From contig OZ242351.1 of NCBI GenBank assembly GCA_965208675.1, positions 2,456,491 to 2,520,490 of the forward strand: DNA of 64,000 nt, given 5' to 3'. Origin of the DNA: Candidatus Poribacteria bacterium. GTDB lineage: Bacteria > Poribacteria > WGA-4E > PCPOR2b. A program made the position numbers and the translations under genes. The notes below the pieces were generated by a model. That model did not search any database. It was not told the origin of the DNA and saw only the letters and a program-made list of their open reading frames with translations. This document shows positions 1 to 9,321 of this stretch, piece after piece; positions within the stretch are counted from its first letter, which is position 1, and every line of letters starts with the position of its first letter.

Positions 1-193
1 CGGCAAATTGGTTCTTTGACCGTTGATAGGCAATGGTGGCACCGATAGGCGTCAACGGCGCCCATCGTAAGGTCTGCTTAAAAGAGCCGCCGCCGCTGCC
101 GAAGGTTTCTCCAATCAGATAGACGGTCGCAGCACTCGAAACGTATGCGCCCGCCAGTCCGCCGAACGCGACTTTAGGAGAGACGTGAATGAC

Positions 194-418
194 CTAAGAA
201 GAACTATAAAACTCATCGCCGAATAACAGGTTCTCAGCATAAAGTAAAGAAACTATACAAGCCAGGAAGCCCGCGGACTCACCGACAAAACCAGCCCCCA
301 CTTGACCCGCGATGACGAATGGGCCGTCGCGTTGACTCAAGTCTGTTTCGGCGAATAGCCCTTGCTTGATAAAGAGCGAAAAGCAACAGATAAGCACAAG
401 CCGCTTTTGCGTATTCAT
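194..418 (-). CDS. small hypothetical exported/membrane protein, Gly-rich (glycine-zipper-like)
   Basis: 74-aa ORF. Hydrophobic N-terminus MNTQKRLVLICCFSLFIKQG. Gly-rich stretch GQVGAGFVGESAGFLA. After its TAG stop the same frame stays open to the window edge (1..193) and again encodes Gly-rich sequence. Confidence 0.35.
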   Translation of the reverse strand: MNTQKRLVLICCFSLFIKQGLFAETDLSQRDGPFVIAGQVGAGFVGESAGFLACIVSLLYAENLLFGDEFYSSS

Positions 419-454
419 TGTTTTTCAAAGGATCCGGATTGTTCAACAATTGAA

Positions 455-730
455 TCAAAACGGCCACCAGCGACGTTTTTCAAACTCCTTGACGGCGTCC
501 AATGCTTCAGGCGTGCCAATGTCCTTTAATGCGCGGGCGGCGCGTAAACGTGCCCAAGCCGTTCGAGAACCCAACCGTTGAATATAATAGGCAACCACGG
601 CGTCCAATGCTTCAGGCGTGCCGATGTCCTGTAATGCTGCAGTGGCATGATGACGTTCCTTATAAGCCTCTGGATCGTTCAAAATTTGAATCAAAACGGG
701 AACCAGAAACTCATCATCCGCTAATGCCAC
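455..730 (-). CDS. HEAT (PBS-lyase type) repeat protein
   Basis: 91-aa ORF with two repeat units ending ALQDIGTPEALDAV and ALKDIGTPEALDAV, preceded by LIQILNDPE-type helices. Confidence 0.6.
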   Translation of the reverse strand: MALADDEFLVPVLIQILNDPEAYKERHHATAALQDIGTPEALDAVVAYYIQRLGSRTAWARLRAARALKDIGTPEALDAVKEFEKRRWWPF

Positions 731-736
731 TAACGG

Positions 737-1342
737 TCACACTGCCCGTCTTTCAATTAGCTCCTCTATCACGATGCCGCGCATAGAAGGGTCGATTTTG
801 ACAATTGCCAACCCTGCGCCGTTCCTAACATACCGCAGATACCGCTTATCATCACTACGAAAAAGCTCTGTCAAGGCAGGTATGGCTTCCGCGGCGTCAG
901 GCCCCATTTTTCCCAATGACATTAACGCCGTCCAGTGAACGCTAGGCCATTCATCATTGAGTACTGATGTTCGTCCCGTATTTTCATCCCGCAATGTTTC
1001 TATCAGTGCGGGGATGGCTGAGACGGCAGGCGGTTCTATACTACCTAACACGTCTGCGGCAGCTTCTCGAACATAGGCATATTCATCAAACAAAGCGTGC
1101 GTCAAGGCGGGAATGACTTTATCGCGCTCTTGTTGAGCCTTGCTCGCCAACAGGTAGACTGCCTTTTCTCGTAAGTTATAAAATCGATTGTTTTTGAGTT
1201 GAGTTATCAGGAAATCTACATCCTTATCCGACCAATCCGGATTGTGACACCCCATCGGGTAACACCCCATCACAGTTAAACAGCTGATGAGAAGCATGAA
1301 CACATGGATGGAAAAAAAACGACGCCCATTCCTTTTGTCCAT
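737..1342 (-). CDS. HEAT-repeat protein with signal peptide, possibly a lipoprotein
   Basis: 201-aa ORF. Hydrophobic N-terminus FFSIHVFMLLISCLTVMGC. Repeated AIPALIETLRDEN / AIPALTELFRSDD HEAT-like units. Confidence 0.65.
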   Translation of the reverse strand: MDKRNGRRFFSIHVFMLLISCLTVMGCYPMGCHNPDWSDKDVDFLITQLKNNRFYNLREKAVYLLASKAQQERDKVIPALTHALFDEYAYVREAAADVLGSIEPPAVSAIPALIETLRDENTGRTSVLNDEWPSVHWTALMSLGKMGPDAAEAIPALTELFRSDDKRYLRYVRNGAGLAIVKIDPSMRGIVIEELIERRAV

Positions 1343-1374
1343 TGGTATCCTCTAACTCGCCGTAGGGTATTTCC

Positions 1375-1977
1375 TCACTGCTCCTTTGGTTGCCGTTCAA
1401 TCACAATGGGGTTATACTGTGATTCAGGCAGATAATCCTCAATAGCGTATTCTAACCGCACTGGAGTCCCGGACGAATCGGGACGGAGAATAAATCGCAT
1501 AGCTAGTGATGGATGGCCGTCAACACCGTAAAGATATACCTTGTACACCCGATTCACTTCCAACGGTTTGGCGGGCACCAATTCTTTGTAACCGGGCGGC
1601 ACCGCCCCATACTGTATACAGTGCAATGGATGGCTCGCCCGTTTCTCTGTCGGTCGATACTGCATTCGCCAGAAACACTTGTCATGACCCCGCCAAGGGG
1701 TTTTGACGCCCAAATCCTGTTGATTGTGTTTCTCCGATTCCCAAAAACGAAATACAGCGATTTCACCAATATACAGGGGATCCGCAATTTGATGCAGATG
1801 TTCGGATTTTTCAGATTTATCATGTAAACAGAACGTGGGGCGGGAAACCTCCGAGTAGGGCGGCACCGTTGTCCAACTTAGTAATCCGTTGCCGCAACCA
1901 CTCAAGATTGCCGCTCCAGTTATTAAGCAGAAAATCAAAACAAGCCGTCTCATAATTCTCCTTTTAATCACGATCAC
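1375..1977 (-). CDS. hypothetical lipoprotein, paralog of 1964..2506
   Basis: 200-aa ORF with lipobox-like AILSGC. Shares YGAVPPGYKE and PVRLEYA blocks with the neighbouring ORF. Confidence 0.6.
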   Translation of the reverse strand: MIVIKRRIMRRLVLIFCLITGAAILSGCGNGLLSWTTVPPYSEVSRPTFCLHDKSEKSEHLHQIADPLYIGEIAVFRFWESEKHNQQDLGVKTPWRGHDKCFWRMQYRPTEKRASHPLHCIQYGAVPPGYKELVPAKPLEVNRVYKVYLYGVDGHPSLAMRFILRPDSSGTPVRLEYAIEDYLPESQYNPIVIERQPKEQ

Positions 1978-2506
1978 GATGGAGGAAGTGCCTTGAAAAG
2001 ACGTATTCCAATTTCACGGGTGTCCCGTTCTCGTCCGACCGGATAACAAAACGAATCGGACGTGATGGATAAGTATAGCTCATCCCCGAAACGTCAGCGA
2101 CATAGATTTTTTCAGGTATCAAGGGCAAAGCGGGATGTTCCTCCTTGTACCCCGGCGGTACTGTTCCGTACTCGATGGTGGTTACAGGACTCGCCGTGTG
2201 TGCCGAGGAATCAGGCTTATATTCAATAAACCAATCTATCACATCCTTGCTTCGTCCGGGTGGAAGTTCTGAATACCCCGTATCGAGATAAACTTTAATG
2301 CGTCGGATATGGTCTAGATCGTCGGTGTCACTTGCTGTATCTTTATAGTCACTGTTGTGTTTGTAAACGCAAAATACTGGGGTTGTCACTGGTGTTTCCA
2401 GTGCTGGATGCAAGCCATACACCCCGCTAGAACCCCCGTATGACACACAGCTACTCTGAAAACAACAACCAATACTGACAGCAAGCACCACAATGAAGCG
2501 TATCAT
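1964..2506 (-). CDS. hypothetical lipoprotein, paralog of 1375..1977
   Basis: 180-aa ORF with signal peptide MIRFIVVLAVSIGCC. Shares YGTVPPGYKEE and PVKLEYV blocks with the neighbour. 14-nt overlap with the downstream paralog. Confidence 0.6.
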   Translation of the reverse strand: MIRFIVVLAVSIGCCFQSSCVSYGGSSGVYGLHPALETPVTTPVFCVYKHNSDYKDTASDTDDLDHIRRIKVYLDTGYSELPPGRSKDVIDWFIEYKPDSSAHTASPVTTIEYGTVPPGYKEEHPALPLIPEKIYVADVSGMSYTYPSRPIRFVIRSDENGTPVKLEYVFSRHFLHRDRD

Positions 2507-2653
2507 TTGGAAAGCCTCCTCTAAGGTTGAGTATCCGAGCTATTCAATTCATCATGCCATTGTTTGAACTCATCTAGGAGAAATTGATAATGCTCTCTCA
2601 TCTCATCGGTCACTTTTTGACTGCCGTAATTGAAAATTTTAGCTGTCTAAAAT

Positions 2654-3436
2654 CTAATCACTAGCAGGTGCGGCTCTAGTTGTAAAGGAAAAATCAACAA
2701 CTCCGAGATTCCCCATATCATCGGTTATTGCTATGCTGACACTATATTTTGTTGCATAATTTAATTCCTGCATGTAGCCAAACTCCCAAGTAGCGATACC
2801 AGTACAGGCTCGCATACTTTCATTGTCAATACGCAGAGCAGCAACTTTTATCGGGGGACTGATCTCAAAAGATGTTGAGCCTCGCATGGCCTGTATGGGG
2901 CGGTCAAATACAACTCGCACCCCGCGTGTGGTTTTTGGGTCAACATCTTGCCCAATTGGGTGATATTCAAGGACTATCGGCGCAGCGATGTCAAATGGTG
3001 CTATCCGAAACCATCCTACATAAGGATGGGCCTGGACATCGCCATTGACGTTCTGGAAATCACGAATGACAATCGAACTTATATTGTCGTCCGGTGCAAC
3101 ATACGCAAATGTTCGAAAGCATTGATTCCATGTAATGGTATCGGTCGCTTCGGTCTCTTGAAGTTGATAAGGTGTGACGCCAAACACAATACGACCTGAA
3201 TTTGGTATGATTGGCTGGCTGAAACTGATACGAAATTCTTGCGTAGCGGTGTTCAGTTCAGCGGGTGCAGAGTGCTGAGCGCCGGGTTTTGGGCTGAATG
3301 CTATCACCCGCGGGGGATTCATCGGTTGTTCTGGTCGTATGCTATCATCCGTTGGCTCTGATGAGCAGCCAATGACCAAAAACCACCCTAAAACAAGACA
3401 AACTATAAGAAACGGCAAAATGATTTGTAGTTTCAT
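2654..3436 (-). CDS. lipoprotein with two Ig-like (SbsA/Big-like) beta-sandwich domains; candidate immunity/accessory protein of the upstream RHS toxin
   Basis: The ORF runs to 3454, but the ATG at 3436 follows GGTGGA (RBS-like) and yields MKLQIILPFLIVCLVLGWFLVIGC (lipobox). The C-terminal ...VDFSFTTR ending resembles the other Ig-like lipoproteins in the locus. Confidence 0.6.
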   Translation of the reverse strand: MKLQIILPFLIVCLVLGWFLVIGCSSEPTDDSIRPEQPMNPPRVIAFSPKPGAQHSAPAELNTATQEFRISFSQPIIPNSGRIVFGVTPYQLQETEATDTITWNQCFRTFAYVAPDDNISSIVIRDFQNVNGDVQAHPYVGWFRIAPFDIAAPIVLEYHPIGQDVDPKTTRGVRVVFDRPIQAMRGSTSFEISPPIKVAALRIDNESMRACTGIATWEFGYMQELNYATKYSVSIAITDDMGNLGVVDFSFTTRAAPASD

Positions 3437-3465
3437 ATTTTCCACCATACGCAATTACGTTTAGG

Positions 3466-6400
3466 TTACTGAATTTTTATACTGCCCCACGTAACTAGAT
3501 TATACTGAGTAATCAGAGGTTGAAACCAAGATAAAGCTGAGTGTGCGTCTTGAACACTTATAACTTGCCTGCGATACTCCTCAAACCTCATATCCATACG
3601 TAAATCAACCACCGTTCTTCCCCAAGAAAGTTGCCAGGCGATATGGAAGTAGGACTGGGTTGCCGAAGCATGTTGTTCCATGCCTAAGTTCAGGGTCGTT
3701 AATTCATGCCTATTGAACGCATAAAACGATTTGTCCGGAGGCGGATCTCGCCAAGGTGAACGTCCGCGAAAACGATTGTACTTCCGCTGCCACGCATGAG
3801 TTACTTCGTGAATCAAAATACCCAATGCGTTTGTGACATCGGCGGTAAGTGAACCGTTGCTACCAAAAGCATCGGATGTTGTCGATCCTGCATTGAGACC
3901 GGCATAGAAGTCCGGATTAACTGCGATTCTGTGCTTACCGTCTCGAAATTCTAGATACTTTCCTCTTACGGGCTTTCCTCGACTGTCAAAAAGAGGCTTT
4001 ATAGTTATATCCAACTCATCCGCAGATATGGATCCGTTAAATACCATATCCACAGCATACGACTCCAATGCACTTAGGGCTCTCAACCCCGTCGGGTCGA
4101 TAAACGCCAACGGATTGTTATTCGCATAGGCATACCAGTTGATGCCATCTCCGGCGGGATCTCGCTGATTAAACCTGCCAGTGTAGGGGTCATAGCCGAC
4201 GGGACGCCCGGGGAAATGGTATAATTTTACATCACTTTCATACTCTTTACCCGTGAACTTGCGCGCGTTGTCGGTCGTGCCGACTTCAGAGCGCACTGCG
4301 CCGAACACGTCGTACTCATACCGCACAAGCACATTCTTGTTATCGTCCGTTAAGACGATGTTGCTGCCCAAAGCGTTGGGGTGGTGGTATTCATAGCGTC
4401 CCATCTGATTGTTTGACAACTTAGTTATCTCAGCGTCGCTTAGCGCAGCGTCGTAGATGGATACATCGTCGAGATAACCGTTGAGGTGGTGGTTAGTCGC
4501 ATCATAAAATCCCATCCACAACGCCTTGGTCGTTGCCGCCAACGACGCTGTTGATGCCGTTGAAGCCGTGTCTTTGGTGCCGCCGATAAAGACGCGGAGT
4601 TCGCTGCCGTCATACCGAGCCGCCACATGCTTCCATGTGTTTAAGGGGATGGTCGTTGCACTGGTGACGGTCTTGGTTGTCCCGCTGAACAGCACCTCGA
4701 ACTGAACCGCGCCGGTGCTAGTTATCCAGAGCCGATACCCGTTAGAGGCGTTTGCCTTTTTGACCAGATTCCCGCTCGCCACAGTGGACCGCTTCACCCA
4801 ACAACTGATGGTTAGTGTATTGCCAACAAGGTCTAAGGCATCACTGTCTGCGACTTTTACGACATCGTTAGTGCCGTCAAAAAGGAGGCTACCCCCGTTT
4901 TCAGTGCTCCAAGCAGGCTTTTTGTTTTCAGTGCCGCCGCCCAGCGTGCCGTTCTGGCTGCCGTCAACGTCATGCGCCACAGTGCCGGTGCCTTCATCAA
5001 AGTGCCAATGCGCAACGGCATTGTGTTTCCGGCGATATACAACGCCGTTGCCGCCATAGAGATAGCTGGCCGTGATGTTCTTGCTTGAATCCAATTCTAG
5101 CACCGGCATCAAGCCGTCGTAAAGAAAATACCTTGTGCCCTGGCTGTCCGAGACTTTCACCCGTTTGCCCCCGCCGTCGTAGGCGTATGTGAGCGTCTGT
5201 GTCACCGTGTTGTTTCGGGTCTTCTGAATCTGTTTCAACTGCGAACCGAATCCGTAGGTAAATGCGTCCGAATCCGTGCCTTCGCTCCGTTGCGTCAGCT
5301 TCCCTTCAGCATCGTAGGTGTAATTCATCGTCGAGAAGTCGGTATCTTCAGGCACTAGTGAACGGTAGGTCAATTGGTTGCTGTTGGTGGCAACCGTGTA
5401 GGTCGTCGTGCCATCAACGCTGCTCACCTGTGTGAGCCGGTTGCCGGACTTGTCGTAGGTGTAGCTGACGGTCTCGTTCCCGTAGTTGGCGCTAGTCAAG
5501 CGTGAGATATTATCGTAACCGAATGTGAACGTCTTGCTTGACCCGCCGGCGCCGGTATCGTCTCTCACCAACTGCGTCACATTCGATTTGTCGTCGTAGG
5601 TGTAGGTTAAGGAACTGAGCGTAGTGGAAGCGTCCTTCTTGTACGTCAGCGTGCTTAAGCGGTTGACGTTATCAAGCGTTCGATGCGCGGTGATGCCGTT
5701 TGGAACCGTGACTTTCTTCAACGCCCCGATGTCGAAGTAACCGTAGCTTTCGGTCTTGTTAGCAAGCACGTCCTTAACCGTCAGCAGCCGGTTGGCTTCG
5801 TCGTAGGTATACTGGACATCGTATAACTTTGTGGTTGTGCTGCCGGTAGTTGGATTGACGTACATGCGCGTCCGCATCGAAGAATCGTCGTATTCGTAGA
5901 CGGTCTTATAACCCAAGAGCGAATCGGTGCGGTTCTTGATGCGGTTGAGTTGGTCGTGCGTGAAGGTATAGGTGTAAGTATTCGCGCCGTCGTTGGTCTT
6001 TTGGGTAAGCACGTTGTCGCCCAAGTCGTAGGTGTAGTCTACGACCTCGCCCGTCTTGTAGCTGACTTTCGAGAGGCGGTTGAGGTTGTCGTAGGTATTG
6101 CTGACGGCGGGGCTGGTTTCAGTGCCGGTTTGGCTCGTCCACGCCTTCGTAACCTGATTCAGGGTATTGTAGCGCGTCTCCACCCAATCGCCGTCGGGCA
6201 AGGTCTGCTTAGTCACTCTGCCGAGTTCATCGACGGTATAGTTGGTTATCAAGCCGCGGGGGTCTTTGGTCTGGGAAATGTCGCCGGCAATGTTGTAGAC
6301 CGTTTCGGCTGTAGCGTATGGAGTCGTCCAGTTATCCTTGAAGCTGTGGGCTTTGACGGCGCGGTTCATGGCGTCGTATTCGGTTTTGGTCTGGGCTATT

Positions 6401-8397
6401 AGCGTGCCGGTCTGCCAGTTGTTCTTGCGGACTTGGGTCTGGGTGACGTTGCCGTTCTTGTCGTAGGTTGGGATGGTGTGCATGTTATCGGCAACGCGCC
6501 GGGTGTATTTTAGCTTTCTATCTTTCCAGTAGGCGTATTCGGTGCGTCTGCCCTGCGCGTCAATGTCTGCCGTTTTCAACCCGCGGTTGACATCCCACTC
6601 GGATTTGGTCTTGATGATATGGTCTGCACCGTTTACTGTGACGGTGGTCTTGACCTCGATTGGATACGTGTGATGGGTCGCATCATAGACAGTCTCCACA
6701 ACCTTCTCTTGCGTTGTCCCCGGCATGAAGGTGGTCTTGGTTCGGTTGCCGTAGGAGTCGTAGGTGTGCTTGGTGATGATGTCGTGGTCGACGGCGTGGG
6801 GCTGTGTGCCGGTATTGGCTTTGCTGCGCTGCTCGGTGAGATTTCCCTTCGAGTCGTAGGTGAACGTCGTCTTATGCCCCATCGGGTCTATCTGCCAGAG
6901 GGGGCGGTTAAACTTTGTCTCGTAGTCCGCCGTCCATTTGCGGAAAACAGAGCCATTCGTGGTATCTATCTGTTCCCAATTCGTGGCGTTGCCCATCTGA
7001 CTGTTGTGGGTGGCATTTGTGCCCGCATAGTAGATTTTGTACAGAAAATCCAGGCTGGAAGAAGCACCGCCATGTTGCGATCTAATAAGATTTCTATTGG
7101 AGTATACCCAACGCGAATCGGCATAAGACGCCCGCGGCATTTTCACACCTTTTACATATATCCAGCGTCTGCTTCCCAAACCGTGGTGTTTAGCAATGAC
7201 GGCGCTTGAGGTGACAGTATAGCCGGCGTAATGCCGGTCGCTTCCGCTTTCTATGGCATGACGGCGGTTGTTATGTCTACTAGTAATAAAATAGTACCGG
7301 CGATATACTATGTCCCCGTGAATGCTGCCTGCCTTGGGAAGATTTCTGACGTACACAGTTGACACCTGGAGGTGCTTGAGTCCATAGTTATATAAATAGC
7401 TAATTGTGGTTCGAGAGCCCAACGGAGAGACGATTGCTGAGAGATAGCGATAGTTATTCTTGTAGTAGGTTTCGTATTCGTATTGAGTCTTTAACTCACT
7501 GCCGCGGGGGTCGCCGGTGCCAAGCGGATGTGTAACGGATTTCAGGCAAGTTCGCACAGGTCTCGCGTATCTGCCATAGCAACCGTGGCTGTATTTTACC
7601 GTCCGATAGACGGTTGTTAATGCCGTTGGCGTGCCCAAACCGAACTCAATTTTACTGATATGCCGCGTCAAATTCGTGTTATCTATCCGGACATCATAGT
7701 AGAATTTCAGTATCCGTCCGAGCGAATCTTCCACCGCGACGAGCCGGGGATATTTAGGAGCGCTAGTGCCTTGATAGCGTGTCTCAGGTGCGTTCTCATA
7801 ATGGAGTGTAAGTTTGTTGCCGTTCGGGTCTAAAATCTCTTTCAACACATACCGCGCGTAACGATCGGTGACAAGTTGCTCAAACGTGTATTTGATACCG
7901 TGCTTGGTTGTGTAGATAAATGCGCCAGCCTGTGTGCCTGACTGCACTAACTTCAAAGTGGCGCGCACCCCGGCTTTAGGGGTTAATTTTATGTTAGGTT
8001 TTCTGCCAGTTCCCGTAAAGGTATGTTTCGCGCCGCTGCCGGTGGTAATTGATACGATCTGCAGTTTGTAAGCTCTACTCCCGTAATGCCACGCCCCACC
8101 AGTGTATATATCCCATTGATAGGAATGAGACCAATCGTGTCCGATATAACTGGCGCCTTGATACCAATTACGAGAGATGCCGTTGTAAATGTAATTCCGC
8201 GTAAATTCAAGCCCCAATCCGCGCCCCGGCACAGTCAAATCGGTCTCCGAAAAAACGAGCTGAAAAGAAATCATATTGACCATGCTGTCCATCTCTTGCG
8301 GGTAATTCGGCACGGGACTTCCGAACTGGCTGGGGGCGGTGTTAGAAAAAGCGAATAGCATCAAAGTTATTAACAGATAGAAACAGATTTGCTTCAT
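3466..8397 (-). CDS. RHS/YD-repeat polymorphic toxin (RHS1) with Sec-type signal peptide, LamG/ConA-like insert and C-terminal HExxH zincin-like toxin domain
   Basis: 1643-aa ORF. N-terminus MKQICFYLLITLMLFAFS. Many YD-repeat signatures (YTYD, YEYD, G..T.Y.YD). LamG-like block ending LNGYLDDVSIYDAALSDAEI. RHS core end NWYAYANNNPLAFIDPTGL at about 4085-4099. Last roughly 205 aa contain HEVTHAWQ. Confidence 0.9.
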   Translation of the reverse strand: MKQICFYLLITLMLFAFSNTAPSQFGSPVPNYPQEMDSMVNMISFQLVFSETDLTVPGRGLGLEFTRNYIYNGISRNWYQGASYIGHDWSHSYQWDIYTGGAWHYGSRAYKLQIVSITTGSGAKHTFTGTGRKPNIKLTPKAGVRATLKLVQSGTQAGAFIYTTKHGIKYTFEQLVTDRYARYVLKEILDPNGNKLTLHYENAPETRYQGTSAPKYPRLVAVEDSLGRILKFYYDVRIDNTNLTRHISKIEFGLGTPTALTTVYRTVKYSHGCYGRYARPVRTCLKSVTHPLGTGDPRGSELKTQYEYETYYKNNYRYLSAIVSPLGSRTTISYLYNYGLKHLQVSTVYVRNLPKAGSIHGDIVYRRYYFITSRHNNRRHAIESGSDRHYAGYTVTSSAVIAKHHGLGSRRWIYVKGVKMPRASYADSRWVYSNRNLIRSQHGGASSSLDFLYKIYYAGTNATHNSQMGNATNWEQIDTTNGSVFRKWTADYETKFNRPLWQIDPMGHKTTFTYDSKGNLTEQRSKANTGTQPHAVDHDIITKHTYDSYGNRTKTTFMPGTTQEKVVETVYDATHHTYPIEVKTTVTVNGADHIIKTKSEWDVNRGLKTADIDAQGRRTEYAYWKDRKLKYTRRVADNMHTIPTYDKNGNVTQTQVRKNNWQTGTLIAQTKTEYDAMNRAVKAHSFKDNWTTPYATAETVYNIAGDISQTKDPRGLITNYTVDELGRVTKQTLPDGDWVETRYNTLNQVTKAWTSQTGTETSPAVSNTYDNLNRLSKVSYKTGEVVDYTYDLGDNVLTQKTNDGANTYTYTFTHDQLNRIKNRTDSLLGYKTVYEYDDSSMRTRMYVNPTTGSTTTKLYDVQYTYDEANRLLTVKDVLANKTESYGYFDIGALKKVTVPNGITAHRTLDNVNRLSTLTYKKDASTTLSSLTYTYDDKSNVTQLVRDDTGAGGSSKTFTFGYDNISRLTSANYGNETVSYTYDKSGNRLTQVSSVDGTTTYTVATNSNQLTYRSLVPEDTDFSTMNYTYDAEGKLTQRSEGTDSDAFTYGFGSQLKQIQKTRNNTVTQTLTYAYDGGGKRVKVSDSQGTRYFLYDGLMPVLELDSSKNITASYLYGGNGVVYRRKHNAVAHWHFDEGTGTVAHDVDGSQNGTLGGGTENKKPAWSTENGGSLLFDGTNDVVKVADSDALDLVGNTLTISCWVKRSTVASGNLVKKANASNGYRLWITSTGAVQFEVLFSGTTKTVTSATTIPLNTWKHVAARYDGSELRVFIGGTKDTASTASTASLAATTKALWMGFYDATNHHLNGYLDDVSIYDAALSDAEITKLSNNQMGRYEYHHPNALGSNIVLTDDNKNVLVRYEYDVFGAVRSEVGTTDNARKFTGKEYESDVKLYHFPGRPVGYDPYTGRFNQRDPAGDGINWYAYANNNPLAFIDPTGLRALSALESYAVDMVFNGSISADELDITIKPLFDSRGKPVRGKYLEFRDGKHRIAVNPDFYAGLNAGSTTSDAFGSNGSLTADVTNALGILIHEVTHAWQRKYNRFRGRSPWRDPPPDKSFYAFNRHELTTLNLGMEQHASATQSYFHIAWQLSWGRTVVDLRMDMRFEEYRRQVISVQDAHSALSWFQPLITQYNLVTWGSIKIQ
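4421..8210 (-). repeat. copy A of an exact 3,790-bp direct repeat (RHS core)
   Basis: Constant offset of 9,499 bp to copy B. Edges checked base by base. All shadow ORFs are duplicated at the same offset. Confidence 0.85.
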
Positions 8398-8415
8398 TGT
8401 GTGTGTCCTCCTGAG

Positions 8416-9261
8416 TTATTGACTTGTTTTGCCGTATAATTGATGAATCCATGTGGATTTGTCGAGCGCTTGTTTGGCTTCGGCGTCTCTTTTGTGTTCC
8501 TTTAGGCAGAGAGCGCGTAGACCTAGGAAGCCCGACATTTCTTCTGCCGGTGATAGCGATTTCAAAAAGCGGTTGGCTTGTTCTTCTGCTTCGGTGAATG
8601 GGTGCGGCCACTTGCGGTAATACGAATCCGGATAAGGATTCCACCCTCGCCCTGTCGCCTCAATGTTGAAACGTCCATTTTCCGACTCCCACCGCGCAAA
8701 GAGATGAGCTTTAGCGCGTACCAACTTTAACGGGTAGCCTAAGCGTCTACCGATGGCAACAACCAAGACAGGCATCGAGGCGCAAGTTCCCATGGGACGC
8801 TGAGATAACAGCCCATGAAGGAACAAATCTTTTGAATCGGCAAAAAACCGCGTCGATTTAAGGTCGTCCAATGCGCCAGTCTCAATCAGTTCGGAATTGT
8901 ATTTGACCCCCATATCCTGCGCTAAGACCGTCACCATCATCTCTATCTGGTAATATGCCAGTGAGTTGTTGTAATAGCCCTTATCTCGATGAAATAGATG
9001 TTGGTAGCGTTCGGTTTCCGACTCAATCCGCCGCACCCATTCATCGAGTTTCGCTAAAGCGGCCGGAATATCCAATGCTTCAGCGCCGGGCAGCCCCTGC
9101 GCACAAACCATGTTGATGTAGGCAATATCAAACTCTGGCAGTGCCGTTTCCAGTTCTTTTTCTGTTATAGCAAGTAACTTTTCAACCGATAGCGGCTCGG
9201 CAAATTGCGCTGAGCATAGCGCAGGCATCAAATGGAGAATTAGCACAGAGATTTTTGGCAT
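8416..9261 (-). CDS. secreted transglutaminase-like (Transglut_core2/SirB1-like) protein
   Basis: 281-aa ORF. Signal peptide MPKISVLILHLMPALCSAQ. GTCASMPVLVVAIGRRLGYPL...AHLFARWE resembles the Cys/His core of transglutaminase-like folds. Ends 18 nt upstream of the RHS1 start. Confidence 0.5.
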   Translation of the reverse strand: MPKISVLILHLMPALCSAQFAEPLSVEKLLAITEKELETALPEFDIAYINMVCAQGLPGAEALDIPAALAKLDEWVRRIESETERYQHLFHRDKGYYNNSLAYYQIEMMVTVLAQDMGVKYNSELIETGALDDLKSTRFFADSKDLFLHGLLSQRPMGTCASMPVLVVAIGRRLGYPLKLVRAKAHLFARWESENGRFNIEATGRGWNPYPDSYYRKWPHPFTEAEEQANRFLKSLSPAEEMSGFLGLRALCLKEHKRDAEAKQALDKSTWIHQLYGKTSQ

Positions 9262-9321
9262 GAGAATAAAAACAGCAAATTGAAAAGGAGGAAAAAGACA
9301 GCGGCGAGTGTTGTGAAAAAT

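Noticed and set aside
4715-7209. Plus-strand ORFs of 114-196 aa inside RHS1 (4715-5059, 5950-6402, 6619-7209) and their exact duplicates inside RHS2
   Set aside because: They lie antisense to a 1643-aa ORF with clear YD-repeat homology. Their translations are low-complexity (Val/Gly/Arg-rich). Their duplication simply reflects the 3.79-kb repeat.
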